Assembly (NCBI GenBank): GCA_900545885.1 | Contig: URAF01000003.1 | Coordinates: 42,130-106,129 of the forward strand | From: an uncultured Eubacteriales bacterium | Lineage (GTDB): Bacteria > Bacillota > Clostridia > Christensenellales > CAG-917 | DNA: 64,000 nucleotides | Direction of reading: 5' to 3' | Shown here: in pieces, positions 1-8,929 of the stretch | Position numbering within the stretch: position 1 is the first letter of the stretch | Layout: every line of letters starts with the position of its first letter | The notes under the pieces: model-generated | The model's input: only the letters and a program-made list of their open reading frames with translations | What the model was told of the DNA's origin: nothing | Databases searched by the model: none | Translations under genes and position numbers: made by a program

Positions 1-1034
1 ACAAGCCGTCTGCGGACTTCGCTCACGGGGAACAGCGAATGCGCGTGTTGTTCGAGAATTTCGCCCGCGTTTTTCAGCGGGTCTATTCTGCCCGCGAACT
101 CTTTGAAAACCACGTTCAGTTTGTCTGCAATGACTTTGGGTTCGTCGAAAATGAGAACGGACGGCACGTCCTCGCCGAAATAATCGAAAATGGAATGCGA
201 ATTTTCTTCGGAAAACGGCGCAACCCACGCGTAGTTCGGCGGACAAACTCCCGCGCGGACTCCGTCCGCAAGCAATGCCGCAACGGGGTTGTCGGAATGC
301 ACCGACAGCGCGCGACGTACGGTCGCGGCTTCCTCCTCGCTGAACACCACGTCACCAGCGGGCGGCACGAAAACCCCGTCGATTTCGTTTACTGGCAACA
401 TAGTTGCGGTGTCTATGGTTTTGACGTTTTCGACCAATTCGTCGAAAAAGTTGACGCGTACGGCTTCACCGCCGCACACGTAAATGTCGAGAATGTCGCC
501 GCGCAAAGCGAAGTCCCCTTCTTCGGCTATCATTTCCTGACGGGTGTAGCCCGCAAGCGCCAGTTTGTCGGCGGCAGTCTGCGGAGAAATTATGTCTTCG
601 CGCGACAGAGTGAAACAAAGATTGCCGATAATTTCGGGGAACGGAAATTTCTGCAAAAGTGCGTCCGCGCACACAACAGCCGTATCGGCACGGCCGCAGG
701 CAATGGCGGCAAGCGCGGCGGCACGTTCGCGCGAACTGCGCAAGGAAAAACTTTTGCGGTGTACGAGCACGTCGTCGCGGTGCGGTACGTAAACCACGCG
801 CGCGTCGGGATACGCCGACAGTTTCTCGTACACGCTCTTTGCGGCAAGAGAGTCCGCCGTGACGTACAGTTTTTTTGCAGGGATACAACTTGCCAGATGG
901 ATTTTAGCCCCGTCCGTTATCCTTACGACCGAAACGGAAGAAAGCTCCCTTGCGGGGAGTTTCTTTTCGCCGAGAAGGGCAAGCGAGTCAAGCCCTTCTC
1001 CCATACGGGTTATATTCAATCTGTCGGGAATCAT
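1..1034 (-). CDS. mfd: Transcription-repair coupling factor Mfd, N-terminal part (gene runs off the left edge)
   Basis: The minus-strand frame is open from ATG 1034-1032 to position 1. It is absent from the ORF track because it has no in-window stop. The ATG overlaps the pth stop (ATGA). Hand translation starts MIPDRLNITRMGEGLDSLALLGEKK. The name rests mainly on the conserved Firmicute pth-mfd synteny; domain motifs were not verified. Confidence 0.5.
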   Translation of the reverse strand, partial: MIPDRLNITRMGEGLDSLALLGEKKLPARELSSVSVVRITDGAKIHLASCIPAKKLYVTADSLAAKSVYEKLSAYPDARVVYVPHRDDVLVHRKSFSLRSSRERAAALAAIACGRADTAVVCADALLQKFPFPEIIGNLCFTLSREDIISPQTAADKLALAGYTRQEMIAEEGDFALRGDILDIYVCGGEAVRVNFFDELVENVKTIDTATMLPVNEIDGVFVPPAGDVVFSEEEAATVRRALSVHSDNPVAALLADGVRAGVCPPNYAWVAPFSEENSHSIFDYFGEDVPSVLIFDEPKVIADKLNVVFKEFAGRIDPLKNAGEILEQHAHSLFPVSEVRRRL

Positions 1035-1609
1035 TTTCTTCTGTTAAGTTTTTCTTCGACGCGCTGAATATCTGCGCCGGCAACAAGTTCGCAAATGGCG
1101 TCGACTGCGGTTTCTATGCACTTGTCAATCTGCTGTTTGTCTGCATAATCGACCTTTGAAAGCACCAAATCGACAATCTGAACTTCTTTTTCTGCGAGTT
1201 CTTCCGTCTTTATACCGATACGCAAACGCTTGAACACGGTGGTGTTGAGTTCTTTGACGATACTGCGCATTCCGTTGTGCGTTCCGGCGCTTCCCTCTTC
1301 GCGCAGGCGCATTCTGCCGACGGGCAAATCCGCATCGTCGTATACCACTATAAGCTGGTTTTCGTCGTCGCAGTATTTGCGGACAAGCTGTTTCACGCTC
1401 TCGCCCGAGAGGTTCATAAAAGTCTGCGGCTTGGCTATGACAAACTGCTCACCGCCCGATTTCGCTTTTGCGGTGAGCGCGGCGCACTCCTTGCCCGTAA
1501 ACCTGACTTTGCATTTTTTCGCCAGTGCGTCCGCAACCATAAATCCGATGTTGTGATATGTGTTGCGGTACTTTGTACCGGGGTTGCCCAATCCTGCGAC
1601 CACGTACAT
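1031..1609 (-). CDS. pth: Peptidyl-tRNA hydrolase
   Basis: 192 aa. The N-terminus is MYVVAGLGNPGTKYRNTYHNIGFMVAD, the classic Pth signature. Length and context (upstream of mfd) fit. Confidence 0.9.
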   Translation of the reverse strand: MYVVAGLGNPGTKYRNTYHNIGFMVADALAKKCKVRFTGKECAALTAKAKSGGEQFVIAKPQTFMNLSGESVKQLVRKYCDDENQLIVVYDDADLPVGRMRLREEGSAGTHNGMRSIVKELNTTVFKRLRIGIKTEELAEKEVQIVDLVLSKVDYADKQQIDKCIETAVDAICELVAGADIQRVEEKLNRRK

Positions 1610-1651
1610 TCTGCCATCCTTCGGACTTGCGCAGAACGCCGCGGCAAGCCC

Positions 1652-2719
1652 TCAATCTTTTTTATCCGTTCCGTCCGTCTTTCCGCTATCCTTTTTCCTG
1701 CGGGAAGACGTCGGCTTTTTCTCCATATTCTGCTGGCGCACCCTGCCTATCGCAAACGCGCCGACGTCAACGTTCTCCGTCACGGTGGTACCCGCGGCGA
1801 CAAACGCGCCGTCCCCTACTTCCACGGGCGCGACAAGGTTGGTGTTTGCGCCGATAAAACAGTCCGCGCCGACTGTTGTGCGGTGTTTGTTTTTGCCGTC
1901 GTAGTTGCAGAACACCGTTCCGCAACCGATGTTTGTGCGCTCTCCTACCGTGGCGTCGCCTATGTAGGCAAGATGAGCGGATTTCGCACCCGCGCCCATT
2001 CGCGAATTTTTGATTTCGACGAAGTCGCCGATTCTGCAATCCGCTTCGATTTCCGCCCCGCGCAAACGTGCAAAAGGTCCGACCGTCGCGCGCTCGCCGA
2101 CGCAGGTGTCCGTAAGATAGGACATTGTAACCTGCGCGCCGCGGCGTATGACGCTGTCGCGCACGAAAGAACCTTCCACAACGGCACCGCTTTCGATGAC
2201 GGTTGCGCCCGTCAACCTGCAAAAGGGCATAACTTTTGCCCCCGAAAATATCGTGACGGTATCGTCGATTACGGTGTTTGCCGCATCGACAACGTCAACT
2301 TCGGCGGTGAGATGACGGAGAATTATTCTTTCTTTCATTTGATTATACACCAAAGAGGTGTTTTTTGCACTATCAACTTTGCAAAATCGGGAGGACGAGA
2401 AAAAATAACCCGAGTCTTTGCCGTCGCGCCTGAATGCGCAGGCGTCCGAGCCGCGCTCCCCGAGAAAAAGTTTGCCGAGTTTCCTGCGACGCAGGCACTC
2501 CACGCCGTTTTCGACGTCCTCGACCGTGACGAGCGGCGCGCCCAAACTCAGTATAACGCCCGTTTCTCCGTCACGGAGTTCGCATTCGTCGGCGTCGTTG
2601 ATTTCTCCCGCGCAGTACGCGCCGAACTCTCGGCGGACGTAGTCCCCCGATTTTCTGCCCAGAATTTCCACATTCTCGAAAGGGCTGTGCAACAACCAGA
2701 TTTTAACATTGTCTAACAT
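1652..2719 (-). CDS. GlmU-like left-handed beta-helix acetyltransferase with a strongly reduced N-terminal nucleotidyltransferase domain
   Basis: The C-terminal about 220 aa carry hexapeptide repeats and the GlmU-type segment NIGCGTVFCNYDGKNKHRTTVGADCFIGANTNLVAPV. I place the start at ATG 2719 (MLDNVKIW) because the longer ORF (to 2917) crosses a terminator hairpin and the next gene. The G-x-G-T-x-M pyrophosphorylase signature is absent. Confidence 0.6.
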   Translation of the reverse strand: MLDNVKIWLLHSPFENVEILGRKSGDYVRREFGAYCAGEINDADECELRDGETGVILSLGAPLVTVEDVENGVECLRRRKLGKLFLGERGSDACAFRRDGKDSGYFFSSSRFCKVDSAKNTSLVYNQMKERIILRHLTAEVDVVDAANTVIDDTVTIFSGAKVMPFCRLTGATVIESGAVVEGSFVRDSVIRRGAQVTMSYLTDTCVGERATVGPFARLRGAEIEADCRIGDFVEIKNSRMGAGAKSAHLAYIGDATVGERTNIGCGTVFCNYDGKNKHRTTVGADCFIGANTNLVAPVEVGDGAFVAAGTTVTENVDVGAFAIGRVRQQNMEKKPTSSRRKKDSGKTDGTDKKD

Positions 2720-2762
2720 ACTCAATACTATGCTCCGTTTTTCAATATATGCAGTTTTTTGT

Positions 2763-2796
2763 AAAAAGCAAAGGGAGGCGTTGCCGCCTCCCTTGC
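2763..2796 (-). terminator. Rho-independent terminator after the small membrane protein gene
   Basis: On the minus strand the stem GCAAGGGAGGCG / CGCCTCCCTTTGC with loop GCAA is followed by TTTTTACAAAAAA. Confidence 0.55.
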
Positions 2797-2810
2797 TCTG
2801 CCGACCGAAT

Positions 2811-3032
2811 TCACGCTGTCTTCGTATCGGGTACGGAGACGACGTAACCGTCTTTTTCCGACGTTGCGGATTGCCCCTCTGCCACTTCGCCGTCGGAGCA
2901 CTCCCCGTCTTCGACAATATCCGTGCAGCCGATGTCGACGGGAGTAAAAGGAATACCCAGCGCGCAAGCCACGGCGGATATTACGACGGAAATGACGGTG
3001 AGAACGATAAACACGATTTTTTTCTTGTCCAT
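2811..3032 (-). CDS. Small single-pass membrane protein (hypothetical)
   Basis: 73 aa from ATG 3032, 7 nt after an AAGGAGA RBS. The sequence MDKKKIVFIVLTVISVVISAVACALG gives a basic N-terminus plus a TM helix, followed by an acidic tail. No family recognised. Confidence 0.45.
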   Translation of the reverse strand: MDKKKIVFIVLTVISVVISAVACALGIPFTPVDIGCTDIVEDGECSDGEVAEGQSATSEKDGYVVSVPDTKTA

Positions 3033-3193
3033 AGTTGCTGTCTCCTTATTTTTATTGCATACACGAGACAGTCCGTCGGCAAGTGATATGGTAATGCAGA
3101 ATGACACGAAAACAAAAAAATTATGTCAAAATCATCAGAATGCAGATAGAAACGAAGAGACGCGGAAATATCGGGAATCGAACACACGACCGA

Positions 3194-3664
3194 TTAATCG
3201 GACGGTTGCGTTTTGCGCGCAGTACGCTTGGCTTTGAAGAAATCGCCGAGAAGTCGGGCGCACTCCTCTTTCATTATTCCGCCCGTGACCTCGACGTCGT
3301 GATTGAACAGTCCCTTTTCAAACAGATTTACTTTGCTGCCCGCCGCACCCGTCTTTTCGTCGAATGCTCCGAAGTACAACGCGCGTATGCGTGCGTTTAT
3401 CATTGCACCCGCGCACATTGCGCAAGGTTCGAGAGTGACGTAGACGTCGCAGTCTTCCAGCCACCAGTTGCCGAGTTTCTCGGCGGCTTGCGAAAGAGCC
3501 ATAATTTCGGCGTGACAAACGGCGTTGCCGCGGCGCTCCTTGAAATTGCCGCTTTCGGCAATTATACTGCCGTCTTTTACGACGACCGCACCGACAGGGA
3601 CTTCGTCGGACAACGCGCATTCGCGTGCAAGTTCTATGGCGCGCAACATAAACTTTTCTTCCAT
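3194..3664 (-). CDS. tadA: tRNA-specific adenosine deaminase
   Basis: 157 aa from ATG 3664, preceded by a GAGGAGAG RBS. The zinc-binding deaminase motifs VCHAEIMAL and TLEPCAMCAGAM are present. Confidence 0.85.
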   Translation of the reverse strand: MEEKFMLRAIELARECALSDEVPVGAVVVKDGSIIAESGNFKERRGNAVCHAEIMALSQAAEKLGNWWLEDCDVYVTLEPCAMCAGAMINARIRALYFGAFDEKTGAAGSKVNLFEKGLFNHDVEVTGGIMKEECARLLGDFFKAKRTARKTQPSD

Positions 3665-3843
3665 ATTCTCTCCTCTCGTCCCCTCGTGCAACCGTCGGTA
3701 CTCCTCCGCAGTTTTTATGAATTGTCTTTGTATATTTGTTGTCAACTTGTTGCCGAACAATCAATATTCTTTTTGTTTGTTCAGATGTCTTGTTTTTCAG
3801 GCGTCGTTTTGATTTGAAAATGGTTACAACTTCTTTTCTGCCT

Positions 3844-4308
3844 TTATTTGTGGTAAGGCGTGCCTGCGTTTATGGTCATTGCGCGGTAAAGCTGTTCGCA
3901 CAGCATAACGCGGAAAAGCTGGTGCGGAAAAGTCATTTCGCCGAAAGACACCACCGCGTCCGCTTTTGCGACAAGTTTGTCGTCAAGCCCGTGACTTCCG
4001 CCTATCAGGAAAGAAAATTCCGAATGCCCGCCCGTGCACTTGTCGGCAATCAAAGCGGCAAGCGCGGGACTGGACAGTTTTTTGCCCCTGCCGTCCATTG
4101 CAACAACAAAACCTTTTGTCTTTTCTGCAAGTTTTTCCGCCTCGAAAGATTTTTGTTCCTCGGGCGATTTTGAAGGGGGCGCGGCGGGAACTTCGATTAC
4201 GGAAAAGTCGCAGTACGCGCCCATACGTTTTGCGTACTCGCTCACCGCCTGCGAAAAATAGGTTTCTTTGAGCCTGCCTACCGCGACGATATTTATGCGC
4301 ATAATCAC
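3844..4308 (-). CDS. rlmH: 23S rRNA (pseudouridine1915-N3)-methyltransferase
   Basis: 154 aa SPOUT protein. It starts INIVAVGRLK and has a C-terminal FLIGGSHGL...TFPHQLFRVMLCEQLYRA typical of RlmH. Confidence 0.9.
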   Translation of the reverse strand: MIMRINIVAVGRLKETYFSQAVSEYAKRMGAYCDFSVIEVPAAPPSKSPEEQKSFEAEKLAEKTKGFVVAMDGRGKKLSSPALAALIADKCTGGHSEFSFLIGGSHGLDDKLVAKADAVVSFGEMTFPHQLFRVMLCEQLYRAMTINAGTPYHK

Positions 4309-5264
4309 ATCACTCCCCAGACGAACGAGAATATCGTGGCGACGACACCCACCGCAACCGTCAGGATAAACGGAACGTCTTTATAAAGCGGAATTGCACC
4401 GCGCCACGGTTTTTCGAAGAACTTTTCGGGCACTCTGCCGCATTTCACCGCGTCCGTGCGCATTTTGTCGAAGAAGAAAAAGAGCAAGCCGACCGACGCC
4501 ACCGCACATACGAGCATAACGATTGTGCCCGTACCGGGCGTATATAGCCACGTGCGCGCGTCGTCCACGAACTTGAATACGACGTTTAGTTCCGCATAAT
4601 TGGAAACCACGCTTATGAAGTTGTTGAAGAAGTGCACGAACATTGCGGGGAATATCGAGCCCGTGTAGTAGGTCATAAGCGCAAGAAGGAGCCCTATCAC
4701 AAAAGTGTAACCCGTCTGCGGAATGTACTGGTGCATAAGCGCGAACAGCAACGCAGACACGACCACCACTTTATAACCGCTGTCGCGGTAAGCGGCAAAA
4801 ACAAGTCCGCGGTGCGTGACTTCCTCGAATATACCGGGCAGAACGGCAACCAGAACGACGTCCGCGATAAATGCCCCCACGGTCGGAGTAACGGGGTCCG
4901 CGGCAGAATGCGTATAGCCTATAAGCGCAAGCACGTTTTGCCACGCAAAAGATATGACGCCCGTAAGGAAAAGTATGGGCAACGTAACGCCCAGACAATA
5001 GCCGAAATTGCGCAAAGAGCACTTTCTGAAATTAAAATCGCGCAATAAAGGTTTGATTTGGTCGGTTTTGAGCTGTTTGGAAACAATGAAATATCCGAGC
5101 AGAGGAAGGGCTCCGAAGCACAGCAGCTGGACGACGAGAGTAAAGAAAACGTCGCTGTCGACATTCACCGCGTCGTACACGCCGAGCCCGCCCGCCATGC
5201 GCATGAGCAAGGTGGCAATTATGACAAAAAAGTAAATTGTCCCTGCCCCGTAGCGCGAGTTCAT
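4305..5264 (-). CDS. CPBP-family intramembrane glutamic endopeptidase
   Basis: 319 aa and polytopic. CPBP motifs are FEEVTHRG, FALMH and HFFNNF. It overlaps rlmH by 4 nt. Confidence 0.8.
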   Translation of the reverse strand: MNSRYGAGTIYFFVIIATLLMRMAGGLGVYDAVNVDSDVFFTLVVQLLCFGALPLLGYFIVSKQLKTDQIKPLLRDFNFRKCSLRNFGYCLGVTLPILFLTGVISFAWQNVLALIGYTHSAADPVTPTVGAFIADVVLVAVLPGIFEEVTHRGLVFAAYRDSGYKVVVVSALLFALMHQYIPQTGYTFVIGLLLALMTYYTGSIFPAMFVHFFNNFISVVSNYAELNVVFKFVDDARTWLYTPGTGTIVMLVCAVASVGLLFFFFDKMRTDAVKCGRVPEKFFEKPWRGAIPLYKDVPFILTVAVGVVATIFSFVWGVM

Positions 5265-6376
5265 AACAACACCTGCAAGAAGGCTATAATCCAGTAGAAG
5301 GCGGCAAAGCCTATTGCCAGCCAGACGTTAATCATAGGTTGGGATTTGCCGAGATACGGAATGTCGAGTGCGGTGGACGCGATTGCACGTTCGGCTGCGC
5401 GCCAGCCTTTGGGCGTGAACATCGACGCCGCAAAACGGAAAGCGTTGACAAAGCCGTCTCCGCTCACTCTCTTTTTCTTGGCGGGTGCGTCCGCCTTCGC
5501 GTACAAAGCGTATTCTTCAAAGATTATCCCGTTGTCGACAACTCTGAAACCGTTGTCGTCCTTCTTGGGTTGTCCCGCTTTGTAGAACGCGTACAGCAAC
5601 ACGAAAAGCAATATCGTGCCGACCACAAACGCGATTGCGCCCGTGAGCCAGTTCCACGCGCCGAGAGAGGCTATCACATTGTTGATTTCGGGAATATATG
5701 CCGTGATTGTGAGCGTGATAAAGTTGTTGAGGAAATGCAGAATTATGCACGACAACAGGGAGTTGGACAGCAGAAAGACTACCGCAAGCACCGCTCCTAT
5801 ACAGAACTGGTAAGCGGTCTGCGCGGGGTTTGCGTGCATAAGGCTGAACAGCAATGCCGATATAAATACGCCGAACCACACTCCGCGCGTTGTGAGCGCG
5901 GGAAGTACGGTGCCGCGCAGCAACAGTTCTTCGCCGAACGCAGGCAAAAGCGCAATCACGAACAGCGCAAGGAAGTAAACGCCGGGGTTGCTGAAATCGA
6001 TACTGCCCGCCGCAACCGTGGCATTGACGCCAATGGCTTGGAAAAACGCCTGAAACAGCATTGACAGCGGCAGAAAGGCTATAATCGTAAGCAACGCTAT
6101 CGGGAACAACAGCAGATACCGCACGGGATTGCGGCAGGGACGAAGTTTGCTGACGGTGAGAACGTCGTATTTGCGCCACAGCGAAAAGAGATAGACGACG
6201 AGCACGATTGCCACCTGCGTTACGGCATAGCCCACCCAATCGGCAATGCTCATGCCTGCGAACGACCCTACTCTGCCCGCCATAACGTAATAGAACAGGC
6301 TGCTGAGTATGGAAATTCCGCAGATTGAAAACAGATATACGCTGCCGCCTTCGCTTGCTATAAGATTTTTTCTCAT
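5261..6376 (-). CDS. CPBP-family intramembrane glutamic endopeptidase (second copy)
   Basis: 371 aa and polytopic. Motifs are FGEELLLRG, FSLMH and LHFLNNF. It has 4-nt overlaps with both neighbours. Confidence 0.8.
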   Translation of the reverse strand: MRKNLIASEGGSVYLFSICGISILSSLFYYVMAGRVGSFAGMSIADWVGYAVTQVAIVLVVYLFSLWRKYDVLTVSKLRPCRNPVRYLLLFPIALLTIIAFLPLSMLFQAFFQAIGVNATVAAGSIDFSNPGVYFLALFVIALLPAFGEELLLRGTVLPALTTRGVWFGVFISALLFSLMHANPAQTAYQFCIGAVLAVVFLLSNSLLSCIILHFLNNFITLTITAYIPEINNVIASLGAWNWLTGAIAFVVGTILLFVLLYAFYKAGQPKKDDNGFRVVDNGIIFEEYALYAKADAPAKKKRVSGDGFVNAFRFAASMFTPKGWRAAERAIASTALDIPYLGKSQPMINVWLAIGFAAFYWIIAFLQVLL

Positions 6377-7155
6377 TTTACTTCGAATACCTCGCTTGCG
6401 CAGTCCTGCAACGCCACGTCGACCGCAATGTCGCAGCAGCCCCGTTGCAGAAGTCTGCCCTTGACCGTTCCCGTTGCGAGTTCGGGAAGGTTGTTCTGTT
6501 GGCTGAGATGTCCGAGCAAAATCGTCTTTACCGCCGAACCTATCAGCCTTTCCGCGAAAACCGCGGACATATCGTTGCTGAGATGCCCCGTATCGCCGAG
6601 AATTCTGCGTTTAAGATTTTCGGGATAGGGTCCGCTTTTCAGCATATCCACGTCGTGGTTTGCTTCGAGCAACACGACTTCGCTTTCCTTGATGTTGTTG
6701 AACACGCCGACTGTCGGCTTGCCCATATCGGTTGCGACGCTGACCTGCGCTCCGCCCTGCACGCGGAACGTATATCCCATAGGATACACGGCGTCGTGCG
6801 GAACGCGGAACGGGATTACGTCTATGTCGCCGACGGTAAACCCGCCGTCGTAGAACTCTTGTTCAACGTAGTTGCACAGTCCCCCCTGCCGTCTGCTTAT
6901 TGCCGCCGCCGTATAAGGATGAGCGTACACGGGCGCGCACGCGCAAAGCCGCGGCAGACCGCATACGTGGTCGGTGTGTTCGTGGGTTATGACCACTCCG
7001 TCGATTTTCGAGGGCGTAAGCCCGAACGGCCGCAGTTCGCGGGTAAGTTTTGCAAAAGAAATGCCCGCGTCGACAAGTATCGCCGTGGTGTCCGATAATA
7101 CGAGTGTGCAATTTCCTTTGCTGCCGCTTGCAAGCGACACTAACTTCAACGACAT
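6373..7155 (-). CDS. MBL-fold metallo-hydrolase, YycJ/WalJ-like
   Basis: 260 aa. It starts LASGSKGNCTLV and carries the HxHxDH motif (ITHEHTDHVCG). Linkage to rlmH resembles the yycJ...rlmH arrangement in Bacillus. Confidence 0.8.
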   Translation of the reverse strand: MSLKLVSLASGSKGNCTLVLSDTTAILVDAGISFAKLTRELRPFGLTPSKIDGVVITHEHTDHVCGLPRLCACAPVYAHPYTAAAISRRQGGLCNYVEQEFYDGGFTVGDIDVIPFRVPHDAVYPMGYTFRVQGGAQVSVATDMGKPTVGVFNNIKESEVVLLEANHDVDMLKSGPYPENLKRRILGDTGHLSNDMSAVFAERLIGSAVKTILLGHLSQQNNLPELATGTVKGRLLQRGCCDIAVDVALQDCASEVFEVK

Positions 7156-7186
7156 TATTATTTTGTTCTTCCGTTAAACGATTATG

Positions 7187-7212
7187 AAAAGAGGCACTCC
7201 GTCGAGTGCCTC
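7187..7212 (-). terminator. Rho-independent terminator ending the 10086-7220 operon
   Basis: On the minus strand GAGGCACTC-GACG-GAGTGCCTC is followed by TTTTC, 8 nt after the stop at 7220. Confidence 0.6.
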
Positions 7213-7219
7213 CGGCGAC

Positions 7220-8092
7220 TCAGATTTCGTATCCCGCTCTCATCAGCAGTTCTTCGTCCCTGTCCTCTCGCCTTACCGCCGCGGCAAGGAATATCAGCGA
7301 CACGACGAACATCAGTCCCGCAATGCCGAGCATAACGAGCAAAGCGATTTCGTTCTGCGCTACGAAAGTCTTTTCGATGACCTTATAAAGCAGTTGAGCG
7401 ATAAATCCGCCGACTGCGACAAAGGACGAAACACAGAACAGTTTGCGGGGGTATTTCCCGAACAACATTCCAAACAACGCGGCAATGAGCGCGACAAAGG
7501 AACCCGCCGCCGCCACCATAGCGGTTATTGCGATGGCAAGGTCTGCGGGAGCGGTACCCTGCGTCCAGCCTTTTATCGTGCCGATAATGTCGACGGACGA
7601 CAAATCGAAACCGTCGGAAATTGCGGGTTTGAAATATGCAAGCATAAATCCCGCGAACAGGAACGCGGCGATTATGCACATAACGAGCGAATAAACGCGG
7701 GTGCGCACGGCTTTGTGTTTTTTCTGACGCGCGTTTTCCGCCTGAAACGCGGTTTCCTCTTCCTCGGTGCGTCCCTCGGCATAAGGATTGGCAAGCGTTC
7801 TTCCGTCGGTGCGGAGAATGTCACTGTCCTGACTCATATAAGGAACGACGGCAAGCGGTACCACTATCGGCTGCAACTGGATAGTGTTGTGCTTGGGCGC
7901 GATAATGGGAACGGGACCGCCGATACCAACGGGTTTTGTAACCGTGGTTTTGATACCCTCGTCGGGTTGCGACGTTCCGTACGCTTCGCTCTCGTACAAA
8001 GTGGGCTCCGACTTTACGACCTGCTCTTCGTTTTCCGCGGCAGTACCGTTGTCGGGAAGGAACGTAATCTCCTGATTGTATTTCTTTGCCAT
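7220..8092 (-). CDS. Hypothetical polytopic membrane protein with a disordered N-terminal region
   Basis: 290 aa. About 130 aa of acidic/Pro-rich N-terminus are followed by a basic patch (RQKKHKAVRTR) and then 4-5 hydrophobic helices. No family recognised. Confidence 0.6.
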   Translation of the reverse strand: MAKKYNQEITFLPDNGTAAENEEQVVKSEPTLYESEAYGTSQPDEGIKTTVTKPVGIGGPVPIIAPKHNTIQLQPIVVPLAVVPYMSQDSDILRTDGRTLANPYAEGRTEEEETAFQAENARQKKHKAVRTRVYSLVMCIIAAFLFAGFMLAYFKPAISDGFDLSSVDIIGTIKGWTQGTAPADLAIAITAMVAAAGSFVALIAALFGMLFGKYPRKLFCVSSFVAVGGFIAQLLYKVIEKTFVAQNEIALLVMLGIAGLMFVVSLIFLAAAVRREDRDEELLMRAGYEI

Positions 8093-8146
8093 ATTGCCTC
8101 CGTGCGCTGAAAGCGCGTTCGAGTCTAGAAACCGCCGGCTAGTCCG

Positions 8147-8929
8147 TCAGCGGGTATATCCTGTTCTTTGCGGCGCGATTACCGCCGAAACCGTGGCGCA
8201 TACGAGGTTCAACCCCGCTATAAAGAACAGCGTCACGTATTCGCAGGTTTTCCAGTTTGCGACGAAATCCTGCGCGAGGTCGATACGTGCGACCCCGATA
8301 TCTTCCGCGCCGACCAGCGCGGTAACGAAAACGGCTATCGCCGCAAGCGCGAACAAAGCCGCGCCGAAAAGGTATCTTGCGGGTTTTATAGCACCGAATA
8401 TGCCGAAAACCGACTGTACAAGGTTTGCGACAATTCCGATAATTCCGACGCTGACTATTATGTCGGGCACCATATAAAACCAAATGGTGTTGACTTCATC
8501 GCCTTTCCAGCCGAGTGCCGCGGTTCGCGAGAACGCGTCAACCCAATGTCTTATTACGTTGAACTGCTCGGGTATGTATTTGAAAGGCAGGCTGTCGCCG
8601 TTCACCGAGAAAAAGGCAAGCAGGAAAGGTACAATCGCCGCGGCGGACGCAATGAGCATAACCACGCCCGCAACCATATTCTTGTTGCGTGCGGAACGTT
8701 TCCATTTCTTGTTGACGTCTTTTTCTTCGGGCTGATAGTCGCGCGCAGTCGACGACGGCATATCGGTTTCGCGGTGCGCGTCGGGATAATCCAGCGACGG
8801 CGCAATGACAAACTCCTGCCTTACGGAAGGCAGTTGTTTTGCGGAACCTGCATCAAGCGGCTGCGGGGCCAGTCTGATGCCCGCCTCGTCCACGTTTGCG
8901 GGACGTCTGTCGTTGTTGTTTGCCGTCAT
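8147..8929 (-). CDS. Hypothetical polytopic membrane protein (same architecture as 7220-8092)
   Basis: 260 aa. A disordered N-terminus is followed by a basic patch (KKWKRSARNKN) and then 4-5 TM helices. Its start overlaps the upstream stop by 4 nt. Confidence 0.6.
   Translation of the reverse strand: MTANNNDRRPANVDEAGIRLAPQPLDAGSAKQLPSVRQEFVIAPSLDYPDAHRETDMPSSTARDYQPEEKDVNKKWKRSARNKNMVAGVVMLIASAAAIVPFLLAFFSVNGDSLPFKYIPEQFNVIRHWVDAFSRTAALGWKGDEVNTIWFYMVPDIIVSVGIIGIVANLVQSVFGIFGAIKPARYLFGAALFALAAIAVFVTALVGAEDIGVARIDLAQDFVANWKTCEYVTLFFIAGLNLVCATVSAVIAPQRTGYTR

Noticed and set aside
39-1067. A 342-aa plus-strand ORF at the left edge.
   Set aside because: It is antisense to the open-ended minus-strand frame that starts at ATG 1034, overlaps the pth stop and fits pth-mfd synteny. 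The plus-strand product has no recognisable motif.
3150-3215. A tRNA-like fragment (GTGTTCGATTCCC resembles a T-loop; CCGATTAATCGG is palindromic), considered as a possible att-site remnant near tadA.
   Set aside because: No complementary T-stem, acceptor stem or anticodon arm can be drawn. The palindrome has a 2-nt loop. Part of the segment is the tadA C-terminal coding sequence.
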